Assembly (NCBI GenBank): GCA_021836725.1
Contig: JAKBHL010000006.1
Span: forward strand, 21,136 to 85,135
Origin: a bacterium
GTDB taxonomy: Bacteria; Patescibacteriota; Minisyncoccia; Phycocordibacterales; Phycocordibacteraceae
DNA: 64,000 nucleotides
Direction: 5' to 3'
Below the pieces are notes generated by a model that saw nothing but the letters and a program-made list of their open reading frames with translations, had not been told where the DNA came from and did no database searches. Of this stretch, positions 16,184-24,735 are shown piece after piece. The position numbers and the translations under genes were made by a program. The first letter of the stretch is position 1, and each line of letters starts with the position of its first letter.

Positions 16184-17269
16184 ATGACGGCGGAAACTCG
16201 CCCGGTCATCCTCACAGGCAACAACGAGGTTGCCAAGCTTCGAGCGTCCCATCCGGAGCTCGTCGAAGTCGACGCGTTCGTGCGCCAGCTAAAGGAGCTT
16301 TTCTTCATCGACAATCATGCGTTCATCGGTACGCCGAAAGAAGAGGCCTATGCGACCGAAGATTTCAAGAAGTATGCGTCTTCGAAAGAAGGCGCATTTG
16401 TCTATGTATATTTCCCCTGGAACAATACGCTCGTGAAGACCGTCGATGCCGGGGATTACTACCGGCTCAAGACGAATCGCAACCAAGACCTTATCACTGC
16501 CGAAGAACAGAAGAAGCTGCGCGACTACAAAGTCGCGGTGCTCGGGATGAGCGTCGGCTCCAACGTCGCATTCGTGCTCACGCAAGCGGGGATTTCAAAT
16601 GACATCATCCTCGCCGATTTTGACGAGCTCGATACCACCAATCTCAATCGCATCCTTGCCGGCGTGCATGAGGTCGGCTTGAATAAGACCGTCATCGCGG
16701 CGCATCGCATTTATGAAGACAATCCGTTTGCAAACGTCACCCTGCTCCAAGAGGGGATACATGAGACCAATCTCGAAGAGCTCATCAAAGCCGGCAAGAT
16801 AAACTGTATTCTCGAAGAGATTGATGACTTGCCGTTCAAGATTCACGCGCGCCTGCTCGCGATGAAATATAAGATTCCTGTGGTGATGGTGACCGACAAC
16901 GGCGACGGTGTCGTGCTCCACGTCGAACGGTACGATCTCGGCCACGACATGATCTGGGGCAAGCCGCACGAATACTACGAGGAAAAGCTCGCCGACGGCC
17001 CTATGACCAAAGAAAAAGCGGGCGACATCATCATCCACGACATCGTCGGCGGCGTGCACAGGGTCGATCCGAAAATGATCGCAAGCGTGAAGCGCGTGCT
17101 TGCCAAAGAACTGGTGTCGTGGAGCCAGCTCGGCTCGGCGGCGATCCTCGGTGCGGTTGTCGCGACCTACGCGATAAAAGAAATCGCGCTTGGCAAGGGA
17201 ACCAAGAAAGATATTCGTGTATGGATCAGCCCGGAGCAGGTTGAACACGGCACGCACGCCGCCTCGTAA
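16184..17269 (+). CDS. ThiF/MoeB (E1-like) family adenylyltransferase with an approximately 110-aa N-terminal extension
   Basis: Rossmann motif KVAVLGMSVGSNVAFVLTQAGI (GxGxxG) followed by DFDELDTTNLNR. TATAGT box 13 nt upstream of the ATG with no obvious SD. Confidence 0.65.
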   Translation: MTAETRPVILTGNNEVAKLRASHPELVEVDAFVRQLKELFFIDNHAFIGTPKEEAYATEDFKKYASSKEGAFVYVYFPWNNTLVKTVDAGDYYRLKTNRNQDLITAEEQKKLRDYKVAVLGMSVGSNVAFVLTQAGISNDIILADFDELDTTNLNRILAGVHEVGLNKTVIAAHRIYEDNPFANVTLLQEGIHETNLEELIKAGKINCILEEIDDLPFKIHARLLAMKYKIPVVMVTDNGDGVVLHVERYDLGHDMIWGKPHEYYEEKLADGPMTKEKAGDIIIHDIVGGVHRVDPKMIASVKRVLAKELVSWSQLGSAAILGAVVATYAIKEIALGKGTKKDIRVWISPEQVEHGTHAAS

Positions 17270-17271
17270 TC

Positions 17272-18366
17272 ATGTTTGGATTCAACGCGAACTCAGCAAA
17301 CGGCGATGTAACGAAAATACGGGAACTTCCGGAATTCGATGATCACGCGCTCGTCTCTTTCGCCGAAGATGAAGCATCGGGCTTGCGCGCAATCATTGCA
17401 GTGCACCGTGCCAATCCCGACGTGCCGTCTTTCGGCGCCACGCGTTTCTGGCACTATGCTTCTGATTTGGAAGGGGTAAAAGACGCGCTCCGCCTCTCGC
17501 GCCTCATGTCCTACAAAGCGGCGCTTGCAGGGTTGAAGTGCGGCGGCGCCAAGGGCGTTATTCTGGCGCCAAAGACAAACGGTATCGTGCGCAAAAAGCT
17601 CATTGAAGCGTATGCCGCGCGCGTCAACATTCTCGGGGGGCGTTTTGTCACCGGCACCGACGTGGGTATTTCGCAAGAAGATCTCGATACCATGCGGAGA
17701 GTTTCCCGCAATATCATCGGCTTCAACGACAATTCGACCGAGTTCACTGCCATCGGCGTCTTTGAGAGCGTCAAGGCGGCGCTTCAGGAGGTGTTCGGAT
17801 CGCCGGATGTTGCCGGGCGGTCGTTCGCTATCCAGGGCCTCGGCAAGGTGGGCGGCGGTCTCCTCAGCCTCTTGTACGGGCCGGCAGGGCCCGAGGCAAA
17901 GATTTACGTGTCCGATATCGATCTGGAACGGGTAGAGAGGATCAAGGCGAAGTATCCGCGCGTGATTCCGGTCGCACCGGAGGCGATCGATGCGCAAGAA
18001 GTAGATGTTTTCTCCCCGTGCGCGCTCTCGGGTGCGATCAACAAAAAGAGCATCGAACGCATCAAAGCGAAGATCGTCGCGGGCGGCGCGAACAATCAGC
18101 TTACCGATGAGGCGTCCGGCGACGCACTCCACGCGCGCAAGATTCTCTATGTGCCGGATTACGTCGCAAACGCCGGCGGCCTCGTCGCCGTCTTTGATGA
18201 ATACCAGAACCCCTCGTACGACCGTGCCCGGGTGGCGCAGGCGGCGCAGCACATTCCCGAGACGCTCCGGAAGATTTTCGCCGAGAGCCGTGCGGAGAAC
18301 ATTACACCCTCCCGCATCGCGAACCGCATGGCTGAGCGTATCTTTAATGGATATCCCGTAGCCTAG
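17272..18366 (+). CDS. Glu/Leu/Phe/Val-type amino-acid dehydrogenase
   Basis: KCGGAKGVI (catalytic Lys region), NAD-binding AIQGLGKVGGGL and PCALSGAIN, typical of leucine/phenylalanine/valine dehydrogenases. Confidence 0.7.
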   Translation: MFGFNANSANGDVTKIRELPEFDDHALVSFAEDEASGLRAIIAVHRANPDVPSFGATRFWHYASDLEGVKDALRLSRLMSYKAALAGLKCGGAKGVILAPKTNGIVRKKLIEAYAARVNILGGRFVTGTDVGISQEDLDTMRRVSRNIIGFNDNSTEFTAIGVFESVKAALQEVFGSPDVAGRSFAIQGLGKVGGGLLSLLYGPAGPEAKIYVSDIDLERVERIKAKYPRVIPVAPEAIDAQEVDVFSPCALSGAINKKSIERIKAKIVAGGANNQLTDEASGDALHARKILYVPDYVANAGGLVAVFDEYQNPSYDRARVAQAAQHIPETLRKIFAESRAENITPSRIANRMAERIFNGYPVA

Positions 18367-18370
18367 TGCT

Positions 18371-19918
18371 ATGAAATCTACTCTTAAATCACTGCAATCG
18401 CTCGCACTGCCCGGCAATCTCGCGGATATCGAAAAACTATCACTCGCACTCACGAATGATCGCCCAGAACTGTGGGAGAAGCGGGGCGATATGCAAGCTC
18501 TTAAATTATTCCGCGCAACGGCAGAGCGTGTCCCGGCCTACAGAGATTTTCTAAGGCGGAATAAAATCAACCCGGATTCGATTCGCACTATACAAGATTT
18601 CAAACAACTTCCGCTTCTCGATAAGGAAAACTATCTGCGAGCCTATCCTTTTGAAGATCTTTGTTGGGATGGGAAATTCTCCGAACGTGCCTGGACTATT
18701 TGTACGACCTCCGGCTCAACCGGGAAACCGTTCTATTTCCCGCACGGTCTTCTCCAAGACGCGCAGTACGCTCTTTTTGCGGAACTATATCTGCGCACCA
18801 ATTTTGAAATTCACAAAAAACGAACACTCTATATAAATGGGTTTCCGATGGGTGCGTGGATTGGCGGCGTGTTTACCTACAAAGCTGTCACGATGATTGC
18901 AGAACGTGGTAACTATCCGCTCAGTATCATTAATCCGGGGATCAATAAGGATGAAATCATAAAAGCGGTTCGGACCTTGGGATCGCATTTCGATCAAGTA
19001 ATCATCGGAAGTTACGGTCCTTTTCTCAAAGATACGCTCGACGACGGGGTTCGTGAGGGAATTGATTGGAAGAAATACAATCTGGGTTTCATCTTTTCTG
19101 CTGAAGGCTTCTCGGAAGGATTCAGAGATTATGTGCTTGAGGTGGCAGGGAAGAAGGATGATATAGCGGCAACCCTGAATCACTACGGAACTGTTGACCT
19201 GGGAACGATGTCGTACGAAACACCCCTGGCGATTCTCGCTCGCCGGCATGCGGTCGAAGATAGCAATCTCTACAAAGATATTTTCGATGACTCCGTGCGC
19301 TTGCCAACGTTCACGCAGTTCTTCCCGAACCTTTTCTTCTTTGAAGAAGTTGATCGAACGCTCATTTGCTCAGCACCGGCTGGCCTGCCGTTGGTGCGCT
19401 ATAACCTCAAGGATACCGGCGGCGTTTATACGTATGGAAAGGTTATAGAACTATTTAGCCGCCACAATATTGATCTCAACAAAGAACTTGCCGGTCGCAA
19501 TCTTGCACGTACGCAGTGGAATCTGCCCTTTGTATATGTGTATGAACGGAATGATTTCTCGGTCAGTTTTTATGCTTTCCAAATTTATCCCGCTACAATC
19601 CGTCGTGCACTGGAGCACCCATCACTGCGCTCGAAAATCACCGGAAAATTCTCGATGCGAGTTGGTTATGACCGGAATCAGAACCAACGATTTGAAATTA
19701 ATCTTGAACTCAAGAGCGGGGTAAAACGAGATAAGCCTTTTGAGGCAAAAGTAGTGCGTTTGGTTGTGGAACAACTACTCAAAGAGAGCTCCGAGTATCA
19801 GGAGACCTATCGCGAAAAACGACGTCGAGCATTACCGCATATCTTCTTCTGGCCGTACGAACACGAGCGTTTCTTCCGCCCCGGCATCAAACAGAAGTGG
19901 GTAATGCGTCAGTCATAA
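18371..19918 (+). CDS. PaaK-family (phenylacetate-CoA ligase / F390-synthetase-like) adenylate-forming enzyme
   Basis: TTSGSTGKPF AMP-binding P-loop near residue 115. Length and architecture fit the PaaK/CapK family. Confidence 0.65.
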   Translation: MKSTLKSLQSLALPGNLADIEKLSLALTNDRPELWEKRGDMQALKLFRATAERVPAYRDFLRRNKINPDSIRTIQDFKQLPLLDKENYLRAYPFEDLCWDGKFSERAWTICTTSGSTGKPFYFPHGLLQDAQYALFAELYLRTNFEIHKKRTLYINGFPMGAWIGGVFTYKAVTMIAERGNYPLSIINPGINKDEIIKAVRTLGSHFDQVIIGSYGPFLKDTLDDGVREGIDWKKYNLGFIFSAEGFSEGFRDYVLEVAGKKDDIAATLNHYGTVDLGTMSYETPLAILARRHAVEDSNLYKDIFDDSVRLPTFTQFFPNLFFFEEVDRTLICSAPAGLPLVRYNLKDTGGVYTYGKVIELFSRHNIDLNKELAGRNLARTQWNLPFVYVYERNDFSVSFYAFQIYPATIRRALEHPSLRSKITGKFSMRVGYDRNQNQRFEINLELKSGVKRDKPFEAKVVRLVVEQLLKESSEYQETYREKRRRALPHIFFWPYEHERFFRPGIKQKWVMRQS

Positions 19919-19930
19919 AGCTGAATTAGT

Positions 19931-20719
19931 TCATTTCTCCTCTCTATTTTTTATCTTGTTGGTATTAAGCCGTCCGGCTTCTTCCCACGCAAGATTGAAG
20001 AGGCTCTTCATAACATCTGCAATATCCTGGCTTTGAATAATCACGCCGAATTCCTCGCTTGTTGAAATAAATACGATTTTGTCCGCATATATACGCAGTT
20101 CAGAAGAAAATGGATATATATCGGCTGGCACACATCGTACTCTTGAGGCGCCACTCTCATTTAATGATGAGCGCTCGACAGTTTTTTCGTAGGGGGAAAT
20201 GATCTCCGTTTTATATTTACGTTGTAAATTTTGATTCTTCCAAAAGGAAAATGATGAGCCAGAAATAACTCCTGCTGATACAGGTAAAAATGTGTACACT
20301 TGCGTCCCCTGCGGGTAGGCTAGCAGGTCATTACTAACAGTTTGTATTCCACCAACCCCTTCGTAAAACAATACATGTGGCTGGCTCTTTAGCTTCTTCG
20401 ATACCGAGAGAAGTTCGGAAAGCAATAAATTCATTTCATTTTCCTGTCGAGCTGAGCCCCGAGCCAACTTATCAGCTCGTTCCACAAGTTTTTCTGGGGA
20501 GACAGCGTAGTATTTAAGAATCCCGTTCTGCTGTGTTTTCTCGACAAATCCCTGCTTTACAAGTGTGGCAAGTAACATATAGGCCGACGACCGATTGAGT
20601 TTTGCTTCTCTTGCGGCCTCACGCGCGCTTGCCGGACCCATAGTAAGTAATCCCTGATAAAGTACAGCCGCTTTTTCCGAAAGTCCAAATTCTTGGAGAT
20701 GTGACAGTAGAGTATTCAT
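19931..20719 (-). CDS. TrmB-family transcriptional regulator
   Basis: N-terminal winged HTH LSEKAAVLYQGLLTMGPASAREAAREAKLNRSSAYMLLATLVKQGFVEK plus a C-terminal TrmB-like domain. Paralogous to the next gene. Confidence 0.6.
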   Translation of the reverse strand: MNTLLSHLQEFGLSEKAAVLYQGLLTMGPASAREAAREAKLNRSSAYMLLATLVKQGFVEKTQQNGILKYYAVSPEKLVERADKLARGSARQENEMNLLLSELLSVSKKLKSQPHVLFYEGVGGIQTVSNDLLAYPQGTQVYTFLPVSAGVISGSSFSFWKNQNLQRKYKTEIISPYEKTVERSSLNESGASRVRCVPADIYPFSSELRIYADKIVFISTSEEFGVIIQSQDIADVMKSLFNLAWEEAGRLNTNKIKNREEK

Positions 20720-21495
20720 GGAAATTCATCACCTATCCGTCGCGCTTCCCCGATCGCAAGGTCGAAAATTGTCTTCATCAATTCCGCAATTTCCTTACTC
20801 CTAATGAACGCTGTAAAAAGGAACGTGTGCGACATAAAAATCGTCTTATCATCGTAGACAGCAAAATCAGCAGGGAATCGATACTTGTCTTCCGAGATAA
20901 AGAAATGCGTATCCAAATCCTTAGACACGGGCATATTCTTAAATGCATTCATACTGCGAGGCTCTGCTGGATGAATCCCAACCATACCGATGTTTCTTTC
21001 CATCCGTTTTTGGACATAGGAAGGTAGATAATCGGGCAAGGTTCTAAAAATTTCAGGGCCGGAGGAAATGACCCGCATATATCCCTCTTTTAGAGAAAGG
21101 CTGTCATCAAATCCGTCTATTAACCCCTGCCGTCCTTCAAGTATAGTAACTTTGGGCCTGTAACGTGCCCCTCGATGTTTCGAGGAAAGTGCCGGAAGCA
21201 TGATCCGCAGATTTTTACTAAGTAGCTCGTGCCTTTCAGTCTTTTCTTTTGCTAGTTGCAGAAGATGTTCGGGTGGGGCAGCCACATATTTTCTGACCCC
21301 ATGAGTGGTTCCGATGCTTACGAGCCCTTGCTTGATAAGCCGTTCAAGGACCACATACATTGAACTACGATTGATACCTGTCTCCTTGCTAACCAGCTGA
21401 ACTGTGGCTCCGTCGAGAGACAAAAGCGCAAGATAAACCTGAGCATCCTTTTCAGGAAGTCCTAGTGCAGAAAGTCGTTTTGCGAGGGGTGTCAT
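20716..21495 (-). CDS. TrmB-family transcriptional regulator (paralog)
   Basis: LPEKDAQVYLALLSLDGATVQLVSKETGINRSSMYVVLERLIKQGLV. Its stop overlaps the downstream paralog's start by 4 nt. Confidence 0.6.
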   Translation of the reverse strand: MTPLAKRLSALGLPEKDAQVYLALLSLDGATVQLVSKETGINRSSMYVVLERLIKQGLVSIGTTHGVRKYVAAPPEHLLQLAKEKTERHELLSKNLRIMLPALSSKHRGARYRPKVTILEGRQGLIDGFDDSLSLKEGYMRVISSGPEIFRTLPDYLPSYVQKRMERNIGMVGIHPAEPRSMNAFKNMPVSKDLDTHFFISEDKYRFPADFAVYDDKTIFMSHTFLFTAFIRSKEIAELMKTIFDLAIGEARRIGDEFP

Positions 21496-21652
21496 ATAGG
21501 CACAACAGGCGGGAACTCACCTCGCCCATTTGTTGTCAGATATTAGCAACAATATGAAATATGGACAAGACAGCCACTTACTGAGATGGAGATAATCCAG
21601 GCCGATATTTTTGGTGTCATTTCGGACATCTTCAAAATAGAGTTGTTATAAA

Positions 21653-22045
21653 TTGACAACGATTATCTTTGAACCAAACATCTATCATATGGGTATTAAT
21701 CAGCCGTTCAGAAGAGATAAATTCTATCGTGATCGCGACAGTTACGCCGAATGGTGGACAATTGGGTGTTCTGCGTGTGCTCAAAAAGTGCTTCTCTATC
21801 AAAAAGATGGACACGGTAAATTATATCGTTGCTATCTAAATCGAATTTTTGCTCCATCAGACTATGCAAATCTTCAGTATGATTCAAGATTGACGGTAAA
21901 AAAACTACCCAATCTTGTTTGTGCACACTGTAAGAATCTTCTCGGAATCCCCATGCTTCATTGGGAAGGCAGGCTTGCGTTTCGACTAATCAAAGGACGT
22001 TGGGTAAGACGTAAAGCACAGCAATCCGATGAATGGAAAATCTAA
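21653..22045 (+). CDS. small protein with a four-Cys zinc-ribbon-like motif
   Basis: CSAC...CAHC Cys pairs. Overlaps the next gene by 17 nt. Confidence 0.4.
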   Translation: MTTIIFEPNIYHMGINQPFRRDKFYRDRDSYAEWWTIGCSACAQKVLLYQKDGHGKLYRCYLNRIFAPSDYANLQYDSRLTVKKLPNLVCAHCKNLLGIPMLHWEGRLAFRLIKGRWVRRKAQQSDEWKI

Positions 22046-22748
22046 AGATATAATACGGACTGTACGGAAAATCCTTATTCCAAAGGGGAAGAGGATACAA
22101 GTCGTTGAGTGCGGAGTAAAGAAGTATCTACTCGTCACACGAAAAGGCGTTGGCGCAATTCATACACCATATGGATATTTTTGGCAATATGATTTTCATG
22201 TTAATGATGAATGGGAGAAATATTCTGTCTTAGTACGCGCTTCGCTGAATGGGCAATTCAATCCAGTTTTTACTCGTAAAAACCTGTTGCTCCGCATAGA
22301 TTCTGGATGCGAGACGGGGCAACTCTTTCATGACAACACATGCGAATGTCGTGAACAATTGCATCTAGCATTACAAAGAATTGACGAATACGGAGAAGGG
22401 ATCATTGTGCACATCCCTTCTCAAGATGGGCGTGGTGGTGGGTTGGCTTTCAAGCTTGCAACACTGCTTCTCGAAAAGGATTTGGGGATGGATACGATAG
22501 AAGCCGCACGTGTTCTTACTGACGGGGGCGAAATAGATTTTCGAACCTATGGAGGTGTAGTTGGTATCTTGAAATTCTTCCGCGCCCAGAAAGAAGTATT
22601 TCTTATGACGAACAATCCGCTCAAGATCTCAGCTCTCACTGAAAATAAATATAAAATATCACGCCTAAATATCGTTGTCCCACCAACACGCTTCACTGCT
22701 AGACATTTGCGTGCCAAAGAGCAAGAGCTCGGACATATGCTTTCATGA
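22029..22748 (+). CDS. GTP cyclohydrolase II (RibA)-family protein
   Basis: RIDSGCETGQLFHDNTCECREQLHLALQRIDEYGEGIIVHIPSQDGRGGGLAFK...LMTNNPLKISALTE aligns with the RibA zinc motif CxxGxxxxxxxCxC and the C-terminal LTNNPxK region. Confidence 0.7.
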   Translation: MNGKSKDIIRTVRKILIPKGKRIQVVECGVKKYLLVTRKGVGAIHTPYGYFWQYDFHVNDEWEKYSVLVRASLNGQFNPVFTRKNLLLRIDSGCETGQLFHDNTCECREQLHLALQRIDEYGEGIIVHIPSQDGRGGGLAFKLATLLLEKDLGMDTIEAARVLTDGGEIDFRTYGGVVGILKFFRAQKEVFLMTNNPLKISALTENKYKISRLNIVVPPTRFTARHLRAKEQELGHMLS

Positions 22749-23545
22749 CGGAGCAGTTAACCATTTCGCTGCGGGGATTGTCTGCATCTGGGAAGGGCAC
22801 AATAGCGCCGATTCTTGCAAAAGAACTTAACGTACAGCATATAGATTGCGGACTATTGTTCAGAGCAATAGCGTTGTATATATGCGAACATCAAATTACG
22901 AGCAAACATCTTTTCCTAGAGAAAGTTCGTATTCGAATGATATGCGAAACGGTGTTCATTGTTGAAGAAAAAACATATCCTCGCGAGCAATTGCAAACTG
23001 AAAAGGTCGGATATCTTGCGGCTGAGTTGGCCAAAAGCCACAGCGAACAGCTTGTGTCATTAGTGAATGAACTGCTATCGAGTATGTCGCGAGTTGTCGT
23101 AGATGGGCGAAACGCAGGATTGAATATTCTCCCTAATCCGGACTTTTCTTTTTTCCTTCAAGCAAGTTTGAAGTCGCGTATCCAACGACGGTATGAGCAA
23201 GAAAGGTTTATTAATAAGGAAATAAAGAAATCAGAGATAAAATCTTCTCTCATCAAAAGAGACACTGTTGATCAAAAACGTGACAGAAAGCTCACAGAAC
23301 CCCAATTAAATGAGCACATCATCGTAACAGATGGGAAGACTCCATTACAATGCGCTAGAGAAATTGTCTCCGTAGTCAGAATTAAGACAAAAATGTTGGC
23401 ATGGACTGCAGTAGATAAACATGGAGATTTTTTCACTTATGAAGATGGAACAGTAGTTGTGGTAAGAAATAAGAGCCAGATACCTATCAGAGTGCGAGAA
23501 AGCGAGGAATATTCCGTGGTTAAAATAGAACTCAAGTTTGCGTAA
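22745..23545 (+). CDS. cytidylate-kinase-like P-loop nucleotide kinase with a C-terminal extension
   Basis: ISLRGLSASGKGTIAPILAKELNVQHIDCGLLFRAIAL resembles the Cmk N-terminus (P-loop plus the D.G..YR region). ATGA start/stop overlap with the upstream gene. Confidence 0.55.
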   Translation: MTEQLTISLRGLSASGKGTIAPILAKELNVQHIDCGLLFRAIALYICEHQITSKHLFLEKVRIRMICETVFIVEEKTYPREQLQTEKVGYLAAELAKSHSEQLVSLVNELLSSMSRVVVDGRNAGLNILPNPDFSFFLQASLKSRIQRRYEQERFINKEIKKSEIKSSLIKRDTVDQKRDRKLTEPQLNEHIIVTDGKTPLQCAREIVSVVRIKTKMLAWTAVDKHGDFFTYEDGTVVVVRNKSQIPIRVRESEEYSVVKIELKFA

Positions 23546-23666
23546 TTACCTCTATTGATAGAGACTTCAGTTGAGGGACATCTAGTTAGTCCCTCACCAC
23601 GACTGAGGTTGGCGTTTCTTAAATCGATTATAATGGAACTGTAGAGATTTTTTTAACCCCACGAAT

Positions 23667-24728
23667 ATGGTTCCCGATAACACAATTCTTCTTGAAATTC
23701 TGCGAGATGCTTGTCGAGCGCCTTCCGGCGATAATGTCCAGCCGTGGCGTTTTCGATGGGATGGTTCGACACTATCCCTCTACAACATCCCTGACATCCA
23801 CAACCCATACCTTGATTTTGAGGAACGCGGCGCATATATCGCACATGGTGCGCTCCTCGAGAACCTCGCGATTGCCGCCCCGCATTACGGCTATAACGCC
23901 TCGATAACACTCTTTCCGGATCTGGGGGTGCCCGATTTGGTCGCATGCATCGCCTTTGCACCTAGCGTTGCGTATGATGACCCGCTGTATACGGCGATAT
24001 CGAAGCGCGCAACGAATCGCCGCCCGTATGCATCACGCGCACTTACGTCCGATACACGCGTCGCGCTCAGAGACGTTGCGATGCCTAAAGATATAACACT
24101 CATTCTCATCGAAGACACCACAAAAAAAGAAGCGCTCGCACCGCACATAAGCGCAATGGAGCAACTCTTACTCGGTCATCCGGCTCTATCAAGTGCATTC
24201 TTCAGTCATATCGTATGGACGAAACGTGAAGAACGCGTAAGACGTAGCGGATTCTACATAAAGACCATGGAGTTCAATCCAGTGCAGGCATTCGTATTCA
24301 AGCTCGCAAGTAAACCCTGGCTTATGCGCGCGTTCCGCAAACTCGGGCTCCCCGCACTCATCGCGAATGAGAATGCCAAACTGTACAGGGGAGGCTCGGC
24401 ACTCGGGGGATTGCACGCGTCAGATTTTTCCAGAACTAGCGCAATTGCGCTAGGGCGTGCGCTCGAGCGCGTCTGGCTCACGGCTACGACGTTCGGACTC
24501 GCGTTCCAACCACTTTTTGGTACCACTATGATGGGGTACAAGTCGCGCCACGGCGAAGCGATGTTCCTCTCGGACGCGGAACGTACCGCCATTGAAGCAA
24601 ACGCGCGCTCTCTTGAGGCAACGTTCAAGAACACACATGATACGCCGACACTTATCTTCCGTGTTGGCTATGCTCAGGAGCCGAGTGCGTATACGTCTCG
24701 GAAGGAACCGAACATAGTTTATAATTAA
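23667..24728 (+). CDS. nitroreductase-family protein (tandem nitroreductase-like fold)
   Basis: CRAPSGDNVQPWRF N-terminal nitroreductase signature. The 353-aa length implies two nitroreductase-like halves. TATAAT at about 23630. Confidence 0.6.
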   Translation: MVPDNTILLEILRDACRAPSGDNVQPWRFRWDGSTLSLYNIPDIHNPYLDFEERGAYIAHGALLENLAIAAPHYGYNASITLFPDLGVPDLVACIAFAPSVAYDDPLYTAISKRATNRRPYASRALTSDTRVALRDVAMPKDITLILIEDTTKKEALAPHISAMEQLLLGHPALSSAFFSHIVWTKREERVRRSGFYIKTMEFNPVQAFVFKLASKPWLMRAFRKLGLPALIANENAKLYRGGSALGGLHASDFSRTSAIALGRALERVWLTATTFGLAFQPLFGTTMMGYKSRHGEAMFLSDAERTAIEANARSLEATFKNTHDTPTLIFRVGYAQEPSAYTSRKEPNIVYN

Positions 24729-24735
24729 AGCACCC

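Noticed and set aside
17293-18453. Long antisense ORFs (this 386-aa example; also 38146-39510, 39485-40486, 42786-43820, 43938-45266, 47223-48233, 51237-52157, 54204-55316) overlapping well-supported genes
   Set aside because: They lie opposite genes with strong motif support (amino-acid dehydrogenase, murA, mreB, rseP, proS/mreB, mrdA, rsmH, murF). Their translations are Arg/Ala/Gly-rich low-complexity, as expected for stop-poor antisense frames in high-GC DNA. They have no RBS or motif support.
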